A DNA stretch of 64,000 bases from Roseibacillus sp. (GCA_965242925.1 CBDEUM010000009.1:64001-128000), one strand, 5' to 3'. Shown: positions 19,201 to 29,300, counted from the stretch's first letter. Translations and numbers: made by a program. The notes: generated from the letters alone by a model not told the origin.

Positions 19201-19483
19201 CGTGATTGGAGACCCACAGCTCCTTGCCGTCCGGGCGCAGGGCCAACCCTGCCGGATCGATCCCGACCGGAATTCGCCGCACAATTCTGCGTGTCTTGCG
19301 GTCAATCACGTCCACGGTGTCGGCGGGCGTATTGGTGACGAAAACGTGCTCTCCGTTCAGCGCCACTGGCCTGGCGTGCGGACTCAGGAAAGATGGATGT
19401 CCCACCGGAGCCGGCTTGGAAGGAGCAGCCGTGGCGAGGCAATTCGCCACCAGGGCCATGCACAAGGGAATCAAAAATTTCAT
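16244..19483 (-). CDS. Secreted YVTN/YncE-type beta-propeller + di-heme cytochrome c (CcP/MauG-like) + C-terminal ankyrin repeats
   Basis: Signal peptide; VFVTN...VDVID and LWVSN...VSVIN repeats; CASCH (18101-18115) and CGNCH (17615-17629); LRGLRDTAPFHWDG; ankyrin motifs GMTPLSTAVFHG and GNTPLHLAAFL. Confidence 0.8.
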   Translation of the reverse strand: MKFLIPLCMALVANCLATAAPSKPAPVGHPSFLSPHARPVALNGEHVFVTNTPADTVDVIDRKTRRIVRRIPVGIDPAGLALRPDGKELWVSNHVSDSVSVINLEKRSPTRFHVVATVQDLDPRTKGTRFDEPVGIAFASNGKAYVALSSENKIAVVNVKTRKVEKRLNITAQDPRAIVVRGDRLYVIPFESNNKTQLSGGYNIDGELVTFNAHEHSIANNNVLSLGHVTDIVKHPRVPDRDLYVFDTRTDRLIETVDTLGTLLYGLTVDSKGRVFIAQADARNDANGRSGTKKHGLAELENRAFLNQITRVLPGEKAKPEFFDLEPLPPKHPEREKALATPYAIQISDDDSTLVASAAGSDVVFTVDASKGAILGRVKVDSVPRGIALETGPGGKLSAAWVLNAVANTVSLLDLSDPANPKVRGTIALEDPTHPAFKRGRIAFNKASASTTATFSCASCHPDGHTDQLLWVLKTPIVTGGNQIMPRSTMPLRGLRDTAPFHWDGIPGDPYGGNNSANIRSHVDPNCDIDKPESATRHVIDGGLATTMLMVGTKETNDEGKAGHLSSGERDDLAKFLLNVTYPPAQRRAYDNKLTERAEEGFKQFHIVGNREDGRMNVCGNCHRMPFLVSTNTPGTGMDAPTWRGAYDRFLILPQGRLNIIDFDFYRRVAERGNSEREIWRFSWRSRSEFDPVWEMVTEGSTGFSGSFARQLTLNRDTAREAMTENLLEALETSAREGAIVLQGEGVIVGEGKGRAVTFQYDAQWEGGSYVMLDGERKAVTREKLVEAAAAGSFVGTITGRHGVNDDYDHPQPALWTRGSLQAQIGKQRFPSLYGDNRTMIVGARHIRKGAAVFVNGRRVPASITLPRKERATIELQTLPEPGIHFLQVQNPSGLFSNDFIFYTGKNEEEARNVRSSTDPSAIREDLAKAIERNDLDAVKRWIRKGAPTNARRLGDGGMTPLSTAVFHGRMEIARLLVEDHKVNVSYHNRDGNTPLHLAAFLCREDMVEFLLRHGASLTKKNEREEAAVDTVSGGWSDGLRQFYEGIIRGSNLGLDVKKIEEQRPVVARMLRERASKKK

Positions 19484-19665
19484 GATGGGAAGGAACTATT
19501 CTCTGTTAATGGCGTCAGGAAGCAATCAGTTCCGCAAACATCCGCCCCTCTTCCGAATGACCGGAGGAGTGGCTATAAATGCCCCCGGCACCGGGGATCT
19601 CCCGGAGAATTCCAAAGCTTCGGCAACAGAAAAAGTGGAATCGGCTGGAGGGCCTTTCACCAAGC

Positions 19666-19692
19666 AAAAGAAGCCCGCCGTGAAGGCGGGCT
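19666..19692 (-). terminator. Intrinsic terminator after the K/E-rich repeat gene
   Basis: Minus strand reads AGCCCGCC-TTCAC-GGCGGGCT followed by TCTTTT, about 45 bp after the stop at 19739. Confidence 0.75.
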
Positions 19693-19738
19693 CTCTTGAA
19701 AATACCTGAAGGACGTTTGCAACAGTCAGGAGACTGAT

Positions 19739-20632
19739 CTAGCGGCCCCTCCCTTTCTCCAAGCGTCTGCGGAGCCCTTCATTCTCCCGCTTGAGAGCCT
19801 CCAACTCGCGCTTCAGCGCTTCAACCCCGGCATCAGGGCCCTTCTTGCCGTCCCAGTCCTTCTTGTCGGAACCGCCAAACAGCTTTTCCTTCAGATGGGC
19901 GAGTCGCTTCTCGCCTTCTTCCTTTGAGGCCTTGCCTGCCTTGACCGCAGCCCAGACTTCCTTTTCCGCGGCTTGGTACTTTCTCTTGAGTTCAGCCTCC
20001 TTACCGCCCCCGGACTTCTTCCTGGCAGCAGCCTCCTTGCCGCCGCCTCGATGTCCGTCCCGGAGCGCCTGGCCAATCCCCTTGAGTTTTTTCTCACCGT
20101 CTTCCTTGGAAATCTTGCCTGCCTTCACAGCTTCCCAGACTTCCTTTTCCGCGGCCTGATACTTTCTCTTGAGCTCAGCCTCCTTGCCTCCTCCGACCGG
20201 GGCCTTGTCTCCCCCTTTCGGGCGTCCACGGTCTTCAGGGCTTCCCCCGCGTTTGCCCACTCCCACCCGTTTGCGCATCTCAATGAGCCGCTTCTCAGCG
20301 TCTTCCTTTGAGATCTTGCCTGCCTCTATCCCGGCCTTGAGCCTTCTCTCCGCGCGGCGATAGTCGTCAACACTCAGAACGTCAGCGGGAACTGGGCGGT
20401 CCAAGCCACGTCCCTGCCCTTCCTTCTTTCCTCCGCGAATCGCCTTTCGCATCTCAATGAGCCGCTTCTCGGCATCTTCCTTCGCAACCTTGCCCGCCTC
20501 GACTGCGGCCCTGATCTTTGCTTCCGCCTTCCGATAGTCCTCTACACTGATGCCTCCCTTCTGGGCGCTAAGCGTAGAAAATCCTCCTGCCACCAGAAGC
20601 CCTGCCGCAATCATTCGTACAATATTTTTCAT
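19739..20632 (-). CDS. Secreted Lys/Glu/Gly-rich protein with four helical repeats and a C-terminal coiled coil
   Basis: Signal peptide MKNIVRMIAAGLLVAGGFSTLSA; four copies of Y..AE..(I/L/V)..(A/G)(V/I).AGK..KE(D/E).EK(R/K)L; heptad tail VEALKRELEALKRENEGLRRRL. Confidence 0.75.
   Translation of the reverse strand: MKNIVRMIAAGLLVAGGFSTLSAQKGGISVEDYRKAEAKIRAAVEAGKVAKEDAEKRLIEMRKAIRGGKKEGQGRGLDRPVPADVLSVDDYRRAERRLKAGIEAGKISKEDAEKRLIEMRKRVGVGKRGGSPEDRGRPKGGDKAPVGGGKEAELKRKYQAAEKEVWEAVKAGKISKEDGEKKLKGIGQALRDGHRGGGKEAAARKKSGGGKEAELKRKYQAAEKEVWAAVKAGKASKEEGEKRLAHLKEKLFGGSDKKDWDGKKGPDAGVEALKRELEALKRENEGLRRRLEKGRGR
19951..20191. repeat. Intragenic direct repeat, two near-identical ~58-bp copies 183 bp apart
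   Basis: cccagacttccttttccgcggc..tactttctcttgag.tcagcctcctt at 19951 and 20134. A second pair, gcatctcaatgagccgcttctc, lies at about 20275 and 20449. Confidence 0.85.
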
Positions 20633-20699
20633 GATGAGTCTCATTTGAGGGTTCATGCGGATTGCCGAACTGATCTCCGCAAAGTTTCGCGCCCGAGCC

Positions 20700-22190
20700 T
20701 CACTGGGCAGGGCCGAACGAGAAGGAGTAGAGAGTCGCCGCGCCCGCCTTGAAGGCCAGATAAACCTTCTGACCCCTGATAATCGCCGGATCGAATCCCT
20801 GCTCCCAAACGAATGGCGTGTCCGTCAGGGTTCCCGCTTGTCCCTGGATCAGCCCCTCTCCCCGCACCTTTCTCTTCTCGTCGAGAACCGCAACCTTGAG
20901 AAACCCACCTTCCACAAGATCGACACAGACGCGCAGATCCCCGCCCACCCAGGGAACGACCTTCGTTCTCACGGTCATGGGTTCGCTTCCCTCGATCGGT
21001 TCATATCCCGCCCAACCGTCCTTACGCAGGGAGGCCCTCGCCAATCCTGATTTGCGCCAATCGAAGAAGTACCAGTCGCTTGCGCCGTAATAAATTTCGA
21101 TGCGATTACCGCGGAACACGGGAGCGGAGGGGAAGAGCGCTCCCCAGTCGTAGGGCATGGTCCCATATTTCCTCTCTTCTTTTGGCGTGTGCCCAATCAG
21201 AGGAGTGCCCTCCGCAACTCTGTGCCAGGTCACCGAATCCGGGCTCCAGGCCAGTTCAATATGCTGGCGCACCCCGTGACGTGACTTCATGGAAGGGAAG
21301 TTCATCACGCCCAGCAACCCGAGGTAGACCCCGCCGTCCTCGAAGATCACCATGTCGTGCGCCTGCTTCTGCGGGGTGCCGGCCAGGGCGAGGGTGGATT
21401 TCGTCCACTTCACCCCGTCCCGACTTTCCGTTCGTGCAATCTTTCGATTGCCGACCACCGGGATCCGGTCGTAATGGCGCACGATTCCAAGGTAGCTCTG
21501 GCGCTGCTCCGACCAGATCATGTTGGCGTGACAATCGCTCTGAATGGCAATCTCCGGACAGGGGATCTCGGGGCCCCAGTGAAGCCCGTCGGGGGAAAAG
21601 CGCACCAGTTGCAGGTAGCCCACCTGTGCGGCATAGAAGGCCTTGTAGCGCCGGTCAGGATTCGGATCCTGCGGATCCCTGTAGACCCCGGCCCCAGATG
21701 GACCCCGCACCACGATATTGTTTTTCCTGCTCCCGTTGAACTCGACGATTCCCAGTTCCGGTTTCTCCCAGCGGATCCCATCCCCGGAAGTGGCATAAAG
21801 AATGGCCTCGTCGCGTTTGCTGGGCCTGGCCGCCATGTAGTCGGTCGCCTCCGGGTTCCGCTTCCCGGGAGCTGTCCTGCTCGTGCGTTCATCGATAATG
21901 AAGGGACAGTACCAGCACTTGTAGATCTCCTCCTCCTCATCCCACAGGACGTTGGGATACATGTTGTCGTAGCGCGGCTCCCAGGGCTTATCCGCCACCA
22001 AGAGTGGATTGCCCGGATCCTTGACTGCTGTTCCGGGAACGAGCTTCGCGTTCTCCGTCCTCTCAATGATGCGGGAGTCCAGAAAGAGATACTCCATGCG
22101 AGGAGAACTCCGCGCCGATCCCAACAGACCGCCTGCGAGACTGAGCGCCAGAACCGTCAATCCCCACCATGACACCCCACAAAAATACAT
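20700..22190 (-). CDS. Secreted glycoside hydrolase-like five-bladed beta-propeller protein (GH32/GH43-like fold)
   Basis: LFLD...NPLLVADKPWE; several Asp-box-like motifs (YATSGDGIRW, FSPDGLHW, ESRDGVKW, WSPDSVTW); C-terminal LRKDGW...LYSF. Specificity unknown. Confidence 0.65.
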   Translation of the reverse strand: MYFCGVSWWGLTVLALSLAGGLLGSARSSPRMEYLFLDSRIIERTENAKLVPGTAVKDPGNPLLVADKPWEPRYDNMYPNVLWDEEEEIYKCWYCPFIIDERTSRTAPGKRNPEATDYMAARPSKRDEAILYATSGDGIRWEKPELGIVEFNGSRKNNIVVRGPSGAGVYRDPQDPNPDRRYKAFYAAQVGYLQLVRFSPDGLHWGPEIPCPEIAIQSDCHANMIWSEQRQSYLGIVRHYDRIPVVGNRKIARTESRDGVKWTKSTLALAGTPQKQAHDMVIFEDGGVYLGLLGVMNFPSMKSRHGVRQHIELAWSPDSVTWHRVAEGTPLIGHTPKEERKYGTMPYDWGALFPSAPVFRGNRIEIYYGASDWYFFDWRKSGLARASLRKDGWAGYEPIEGSEPMTVRTKVVPWVGGDLRVCVDLVEGGFLKVAVLDEKRKVRGEGLIQGQAGTLTDTPFVWEQGFDPAIIRGQKVYLAFKAGAATLYSFSFGPAQ

Positions 22191-22326
22191 TCCTGAGAGC
22201 AAGCGTAGCGCCCTTCAGTGTGAACGGCCACCCGCAATGAGAAAATGTCGCCGGAGCCACCGGGGCAGAATGCAGCTCAACCGCCGACACTTGCCAAGCA
22301 GTCCCAAGACGATAGAAACGGCATCG

Positions 22327-23667
22327 ATGAGCAGATTAACGCGCCGCACTTTCCTCGGAGGCCTCTCCACCGCCTCCGCCACCACCCTGCTCCCCGGCAG
22401 CGTCTGGGCCAAGCGTTCCCCGAACGAAACCCCCAATCTCGCCGCGGTGGGCGTGGGGGGCAAGGGATGGGTCGACTCGAACGGGGCCGCAAAATTCGGC
22501 AACATCGTGGCCTTCTGCGACGTGGAGCAAGCCAAGGGAGGCAAGCGCGGGGGCTTTGCCTCGGCGGCCGGGAAGTGGCCCAAGGCCCGGCGGTATACCG
22601 ACTGGCGGGTCATGCTGGAAAAGGAAAAGAACCTCGACGGCCTTACCGTCTCCACTCCGGACCACATGCATGCCCCGGTCACCATGACCGCCCTGCAACA
22701 GGGTATCGGCTGCTACACCCAGAAGCCCCTGACTCGGACCATTTACGAGTCGCGCAAGATCACCGCCACCGCCGCCAAGGCCGGGGTCGCCACCCAGATG
22801 GGGAACCAGCACCACAGTGGAACCAGTTACCGCACCCTCGTCAACCTGGTACAGAAGGGCCTGATCGGAAAGATCAAGTGCGCCCACGCCTGGTCCAACC
22901 GACCCATCTGGCCCCAGGGGATCAAGCGCCCTGCCGCCTCCGCCGCCCCAGCCGATGCCCTGCAGTGGGACTTCTGGCTCGGGGTCGCTCCCGAACGGCC
23001 CTTTGCCCCCGGCGTCTACCATCCCTTCAAGTGGCGGGGCTGGTATGACTTCGGAACCGGGGCCCTCGGGGACATGGGTTGCCATATCATCGATCCCATT
23101 TACTGGGCTCTCGATCTCACCGCGCCCAACACGGTTCTCTACGAGGGGCCGGAGCCAACGAGGGAAACCTTCCCGAAAGCAGAACGGATTCACTACGAGT
23201 TCCCCGGGACATCCCGAACCACCGGCAAGACCATCAAGGTGACCTGGCATGACGGGGGTAATCTCCCCGACCCCTCCGAATGCGATCTGCCAGCCGGGAC
23301 GAAGCTCCCTGCAAATGGCAGCATGTTCGTCGGGGAGAAAGGCGTGATCGTCTGCCCTCATGGCTCAGGCAATCTCCCAAGTCTCTACCCGGAGAAAAAA
23401 TTCAAGGGGCTCGACTTCGGGGTCCTGCCCACCACCGATCACTACCAGCAATGGGTCGAGGCCATCAGGGGGACGGGCAAGCCCACTTCCAGCTTCGACT
23501 ACGCCGGACCGCTCTGCGAAACGGTCCTGCTGGGCTGCGTGGCCTCCAGGGTCCCCGGCGTCAAGCTGGAGTGGAATGCCAAGGCCCTCCGCTTCAACAA
23601 CAGCAAGGAAGGCGACGCCCTGCTTCATCAGCAATACCGCAAGGGCTGGGAAGTGGCCGGACTCTGA
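22327..23667 (+). CDS. Gfo/Idh/MocA family oxidoreductase, Tat-exported
   Basis: ATG 22327 gives MSRLTRRTFL; VSTPDHMHA; YTQKP; QMGNQ; GTGALGDMGCH. Confidence 0.92.
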   Translation: MSRLTRRTFLGGLSTASATTLLPGSVWAKRSPNETPNLAAVGVGGKGWVDSNGAAKFGNIVAFCDVEQAKGGKRGGFASAAGKWPKARRYTDWRVMLEKEKNLDGLTVSTPDHMHAPVTMTALQQGIGCYTQKPLTRTIYESRKITATAAKAGVATQMGNQHHSGTSYRTLVNLVQKGLIGKIKCAHAWSNRPIWPQGIKRPAASAAPADALQWDFWLGVAPERPFAPGVYHPFKWRGWYDFGTGALGDMGCHIIDPIYWALDLTAPNTVLYEGPEPTRETFPKAERIHYEFPGTSRTTGKTIKVTWHDGGNLPDPSECDLPAGTKLPANGSMFVGEKGVIVCPHGSGNLPSLYPEKKFKGLDFGVLPTTDHYQQWVEAIRGTGKPTSSFDYAGPLCETVLLGCVASRVPGVKLEWNAKALRFNNSKEGDALLHQQYRKGWEVAGL

Positions 23668-23681
23668 GCGCTTCCCGGCCG

Positions 23682-24530
23682 TTACTCCGCCACCTCGGCA
23701 TTCCCCCGTCGCAGGGCGATCGCCAGACCCAGGACCGCCCCGGCGGCAAACCCCATCACATGGGCCAGCACGTCCACCCGTGAGGAGGGATCTCCTCCGC
23801 CTGCTCCGAACCAGCCGAGAAGGATGGCGCCCGCGATGATCGGAAGGACCGCCCCGCCCAACCTGCGCATGGAACGCGCGTGCCAGGCCAGCCATACGCT
23901 GCTGCCAACCAGCAGGCCCAGCGCGCCGAAGGTCGCGGTGGAGGCTCCCAGCGACTTGAAGGCCTCAGGATAATGCAGCCAGGAAGTGACGATGTTCCCA
24001 AGAGTCCCACTGGCCAGGATCGCGATCCATCCCAGCAACGGTCCGAGGGTGTGCGAGACAAACACACAGAAGATTCCCCCGATCAGGAGGTTCCCGACCA
24101 GGTGGGGACCATCCGCATGCAGGAAGAGGGCCGTGGCCGGCCGGTACCATTCTCCTCGCTCGAAAAGCCCAAGACTGGAGCTGCAGTAATCCTCTACCAT
24201 GACCTCGGTTTGATTCATGAAGACAAAGACCAGGGCCATCGCCCAGAGCAGGAAGAGTTCGATCCCCGATCCGTAGAGTGGAATCTCCAGTCTCCGCTCG
24301 GCGGGGAGGCTCTGTTCCTCAGTGTAGAGACGAAATTCCTCCTCGATGGCAACCTGGAAGGGAGCCTCGGCGTAGAGAGCATAACACGGGCCTTGCGCCT
24401 CCATGCGCAACCAGCAATCGAGATTCATGGCCAGCACCACCAGGGCATACTCGTTGGCGACCCGGAGGGAGCTGAATTCTCCCACCAGGGCGAGGGAACC
24501 TTCCTCAAGGGCACGGTCGATCTCCGTCAT
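23682..24530 (-). CDS. Rhomboid-family intramembrane serine protease
   Basis: WYRPATALFLH...HLVGN; catalytic Ser in SLGAS; catalytic His in LAHVMGF; multiple TM helices. Start ATG 24530 avoids overlap with the divergent gene. Confidence 0.88.
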   Translation of the reverse strand: MTEIDRALEEGSLALVGEFSSLRVANEYALVVLAMNLDCWLRMEAQGPCYALYAEAPFQVAIEEEFRLYTEEQSLPAERRLEIPLYGSGIELFLLWAMALVFVFMNQTEVMVEDYCSSSLGLFERGEWYRPATALFLHADGPHLVGNLLIGGIFCVFVSHTLGPLLGWIAILASGTLGNIVTSWLHYPEAFKSLGASTATFGALGLLVGSSVWLAWHARSMRRLGGAVLPIIAGAILLGWFGAGGGDPSSRVDVLAHVMGFAAGAVLGLAIALRRGNAEVAE

Positions 24531-24624
24531 GCGGCGGTGCCAGTATGACGCAGTTTCCAGGGGACGCAACCGGGACACGACGATTCCACTCGAAACACCG
24601 AGCAATCTCGTTCTCGATGTTCTC

Positions 24625-26061
24625 ATGACGCGCGCCCCCGTTCTTTTTCTTCTCGCCCTGCTCGTGCCCGCGACCGCACTCACCAGGCCGCGACTCCTCG
24701 TCCTCACCGACATCACCAATGAACCCGACGACGAACAGTCCATGGTCCGGCTCCTCTGTTACGCCAACGAACTGGAAATCGAAGGCCTCATCGCCACCAC
24801 CTCGTGCTGGCTGCGCAATCGAACCGCACCCAACAGGATCGTGGAACGAATCGAAGCCTACCGACAGGTCCGTGAAAACCTGACGGTGCACGCCGGGGGA
24901 TGGCCGGAGGCCGATGAACTCCTGCAAACCGTCAAACAGGGGGTGCCGAAGTTCGGCATGGAGGGAGTGGGAGAGGGCCACGATTCCACCGGGTCCGAAC
25001 ACATCATCAGGGTGGTGGACGAGAATGACCCCCGCCCGGTCTATGTTTCGATCTGGGGCGGTGCCAATTGCCTGGCCCAGGCCCTCTGGAAGGTGAGCAA
25101 GACGCGCCCCAGGGCCGAGGCAGACAGATTCATCAGCAAGCTTCGCGTCTATACCATCTCGGACCAGGACGATGCCGGACCCTGGATGCGCAACACGTTC
25201 CCCGGGCTCTTCTACATCGTGAGCCCCGGCCATGAAGAGGGCCAGGGGGGCTCCTACCACTACGCCACCTGGGTGGGAATTTCGGGTGACAGGTTTCATG
25301 GCCGCTTCCGGGGACCGGACTTCTCCCTCGTGGACAATCCCTGGCTCGACCAGCACATCCGCAACGACCACGGACCACTCGGAGCAATGCATCCGCCCAC
25401 CAAATATCTCATGGAAGGTGACACCCCTTCCTTCTTCTGGGTCATTCCAAACGGCCTGAATGAACCGGAACATCCCGACTGGGGCGGCTGGGGTGGGCGC
25501 TACGAGCTCTACACCGCTCCGCCCAAACGCTACTACCACGAACCCGAAACCCGGCCCATCTGGACCAATGCCATGGACGAGGTCAAAGGCGTGGATGGCA
25601 AATGGCACACCAGCAACCACGCCACTATCTGGCGCTGGCGCAGGGAATATCAGCACGACTTCGCCGCCCGCATCGACTGGAGCAACTCACCCGAATTTGA
25701 GGCCGCCAATCATCCTCCTCTCGCCATCGTGAATGGAGACCGGACCCGGAAAGCAATTCATCTCACCGTTGCCCCGGGCAGCAAGGTGCAGCTCGACGCC
25801 AGTAAAACCTCCGACCCGGACGGTGATGAAGTGTCCTATCGCTGGTATCCCTATCGCGAGGCTGGTTCCTTTCCGCTCACCATTCACTTCCGCAACCTGA
25901 CATGGCAGGGCGGCGACACTGCGGCACTAACGATCAACGCCCCCAGGGTGAATGTTCCCAGGACCATCCACTTCATCCTGGAGGCAAGAGACGGGGGCGC
26001 ACCAACCCTGACGTCCTACCGGCGCGTCATCATCACAGTCGATCCAGACCAACGAAACTGA
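24625..26061 (+). CDS. DUF1593 (nucleoside-hydrolase-like) protein with C-terminal Ig/PKD-like domain
   Basis: Signal peptide; LTDITNEPDDEQSMVRLLCYANE; WGGAN; ISDQDD; MEGDTPSF; WGGWGGRY; LDASKTSDPDGD. Confidence 0.88.
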   Translation: MTRAPVLFLLALLVPATALTRPRLLVLTDITNEPDDEQSMVRLLCYANELEIEGLIATTSCWLRNRTAPNRIVERIEAYRQVRENLTVHAGGWPEADELLQTVKQGVPKFGMEGVGEGHDSTGSEHIIRVVDENDPRPVYVSIWGGANCLAQALWKVSKTRPRAEADRFISKLRVYTISDQDDAGPWMRNTFPGLFYIVSPGHEEGQGGSYHYATWVGISGDRFHGRFRGPDFSLVDNPWLDQHIRNDHGPLGAMHPPTKYLMEGDTPSFFWVIPNGLNEPEHPDWGGWGGRYELYTAPPKRYYHEPETRPIWTNAMDEVKGVDGKWHTSNHATIWRWRREYQHDFAARIDWSNSPEFEAANHPPLAIVNGDRTRKAIHLTVAPGSKVQLDASKTSDPDGDEVSYRWYPYREAGSFPLTIHFRNLTWQGGDTAALTINAPRVNVPRTIHFILEARDGGAPTLTSYRRVIITVDPDQRN

Positions 26062-26238
26062 AGCTGCCTCCCGCTACAGGTTAGTTTGGCACTAATGATT
26101 TTCAAATTTCATCGACTCCCAAGGCCATCAAAATCACCCATCGTTTTCCTTTTCATTGAAGCATCCTGGTTTGGAACACCGTCCGATCTCGAAAGTATTA
26201 CACCCAACCATATCTTCCTGCTCCCTCGCAAAAACCCA

Positions 26239-26266
26239 TTGACCTCAATAGGTGGTTTGCAAACAT
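26239..26266 (+). promoter_or_regulatory. Putative promoter of surface protein 1 (TTGACC-N17-AACAT)
   Basis: TTGACC at 26239-26244, 17-nt spacer, AACAT. The same layout occurs upstream of the paralog at 30160. Confidence 0.5.
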
Positions 26267-26334
26267 ATCCGGCCCGTCGCGCAGCCCCCTGTCTCACCCT
26301 CTGCCACTCAAAGCCGGCTGCCCCCCGACCGCAA

Positions 26335-26353
26335 AATCCAAGAACAGAACCCA
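26335..26353 (+). repeat. 19-bp leader motif, copy 1 (AATCCAAGAACAGAACCCA)
   Basis: Exact match to 30266-30284; ends 11 nt before ATG 26365. Confidence 0.85.
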
Positions 26354-26364
26354 CCCAGACTACG

Positions 26365-29300
26365 ATGAATATTCACATCTTATTTGCCTCCCTTCTCTGT
26401 GCAGTCGTGATGTTGCCGCTCCATGCTGCGGTGACTGATGGCCTGACAGTCTACTATAACTTTGACAACAACTCTGATGACAGCGCGGGGTCCCTGGACG
26501 GCAACGCCGACACTGTCGACGACAACCTCTCCTTCGCCTCCGGTCATTCCGGCTCTTACGGCCCCGGCCTTTTCGGCGGTGGAGCTTACCTTGGTTCCGG
26601 GCCGGGAACAGGTCACGCCGAAGCTCCCTTCAGTCCCGACGTCGACGGCGGCACCAATGGCGGACAGGTCCAGGCCATCACCGTGCAGTGGTGGGGGAAG
26701 GTCGCCCAATTCCAGACCGGCTGGCAAATTGGAGTGGGCCGCGGTGAGGGTGGCAACTGGCGCTTCCACCGCTGGGGCGTCAACCAGACCATGGCATGGC
26801 AGGGCGGCGGTGGTGACATCCATGGTGGAGCCAATGTCAACGACGGCCAGTGGCACCACTTCGTGGGCACCTCTGACCTGGCAAACAACAACCGCACCCT
26901 TTACATCGACGGTGTTGTGCAAGCCTCCCAGACCATGAGCGCGATCAACTCCGACCCCAATCTCCCCCTCATGATTGGTGAGAACCCGCAGGCCGTCAAC
27001 CGCGGGTGGAACGGTGAGATCGACGATGTGGCGATCTGGAACCGCCCCCTTTCTGCTGATGAGGTCGACGAGATCTACCAGGGAGGAGTTGCGGGCAACA
27101 GCCTGGAAGATCTGGCCGGTCCGCCGACAGACGACGACAACGACACCCTCCGCGATAACTGGGAACTGGACCGGACAGGCAACCTGACCGACCTGAACGG
27201 AACAGCCTGGGACGGCAATGGCGTGACCCCTGGACCCGGCGCGGGGACAGGTGACTTTGATGGTGATGGCCGCAGCGACCTCCAGGAGTACGACGATAGA
27301 ACCGATCCCACCAATGCCGACAGCGACGGCGACGGCTCCAGTGACGGCGAGGAAACCACTGCCGGCACCGACCCGCTGAATGCCGACAGCGACGGCGACG
27401 GCCTGTTCGATGGGGTGGAGACCGGCACCGGCATCTTTGTCGATGCCAACGACACCGGCACCGACCCCCTCGACATCGACACCGACGGCGACAATGCCAC
27501 CGACGGGTTTGAGGTGGGCGAAGGCACCGATCCGAACGATGCCGCCAGCACTCCGTCGATCCCGATCATCCAGCCCTCCTTCGTTCCCATCAATGAACTG
27601 GCCCCCGGCGCCTACGGGCCGGACTTCACCCAGAGAGGAGTGAACTACCAGGAGAACCACTACGGCGGCGGCGTCATCTTCAACAACAACGCCCTGAACA
27701 ACTACACCGTGCACACCTCGGGAGTTCCGGCCCCCACCGCCTCCTTCGATGCCATTGAACCCCTGACTGCCCATGGTAATGGCGGGGGAACCATCTCAAA
27801 CCACAACCGCCCCTGGCTCGACGCTGGCGGGGAGAACTTCACGGCGCGCTACAATGGCTACCTCGACATGACGGCCTTCAACCCGGGGACCTACAAGATC
27901 CACCTCGGGGCCGATGACACCAACTACTTCATCATGAACACCGCGGACGGTGATGTCATCTCACAGCACAACTGCTGCCCGGCGAACCAGGAGCACACCT
28001 TCACCATGAACATCCCCGGCATGTTCCCCTTCGACAATGTCTTCGGGGAGCAGGGCGGCGGCGACTGGACCGAAGTCGGCATCAGCGGCCCCGGTATCCC
28101 CGGGATCGCGGCCCTTGGTGACACCGCCAACGGCAGCCCCCCGGTCTATCCCATCGGAGCGGATGCGGAGGACAGTGACGACGATGATCTCCCGGACGGG
28201 TGGGAGACTTCCTGGGCCGCCATCAACGACCTGACCCAGTTGTCCGACACAGGGGACTTCGACGCCGACGGGCTCACCGACCTGGAGGAACTCACCGCCA
28301 GGACCAATCCCACCAATGCCGACAGCGACGGCGACGGAATCGCTGACGGGGCCGAAACCAACACCGGTACCTTTGTCAGCGCCAGTGACACCGGAACCGA
28401 TCCCCTCGATGTCGACAGCGACGATGACGGATTTGATGACGGGGAGGAGCTCGCCGGACTATTCAGCGATCCCACCGACCCGGATGATCCTCCGCCACCG
28501 CCTTTCGAACAGGACCTGATCGGCCAGTGGACATTTGATCCCGGCGAGGAACTTGTCGACAAGATTGGCAACTTCCCAGACCTGGCCCTGCAGGGCAATG
28601 CGGTGGTGGTTGATGGTGCGCTCGACGTGAACGGCGGGGGAACCACTGCTACCGGCTGGGCATATACCGCCGGCAACTACAGCGGACCCCTTATCGCTGA
28701 CAAGACACTGGTCTCGTGGTTCGCGCTCCAGAGCCTTGAGCATGTGGTCAAGGCCGGTTCAGTGATCACCCTGGACAAGGTGAGCAGCGACACATTCGAC
28801 GGCATCATCTTTGCCGAGCGCCAGTCCAACCGCTGGATGAACGGCAGTAGCTTCTTCCGGAGGACACAGGATTGGAATCCGGGATTTGCGGAGACCGTCG
28901 TCGGGGAGCCCATCATGATGGCAATCACCTATGAAGACACCGGCGGCGGACAGGTGCGCGTTACCGGTTACCGCAATGGTGAGGAGATCGGGTCATATGA
29001 CAGCGGCTCGTTCGTCACCTGGCCCACCAACGATGCTGAGGTCTTTTTCGGCCTGCGGCACGGCAGCGGCGGCGGCGGGCCAGGCGGGCTCGATGCGCTG
29101 ATCGATGAGGCGCGCATCTACGGACGCGCGGGCTCAGCTGCCCAGATCAGGGCCCTCTACCTCGCCGGTCCCGGCGGGGGAAACCTCATCAACGATCTCG
29201 GACTCGCGGTCAGCCTCGCCAGCAACGATCCCCTGACCATCCGCGCCGAGTTCAACACCCAGGTCGCGAGACAGTATGACCTCCTGGTCAGCCCCGTCCT

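Noticed and set aside
22009..22326. N-terminal extensions in the ORF track (also 8441, 24403, 24743, 26086, 34778, 42834, 44528, 51206, 54037, 56578, 60273, 62057)
   Set aside because: They overlap neighbouring genes or precede clear signal peptides or family N-termini, so downstream ATGs were chosen.
26085..26102. TTGGCAC resembling a sigma54 -24 box
   Set aside because: There is no TTGC at the -12 position (sequence continues TAATGATTTT).
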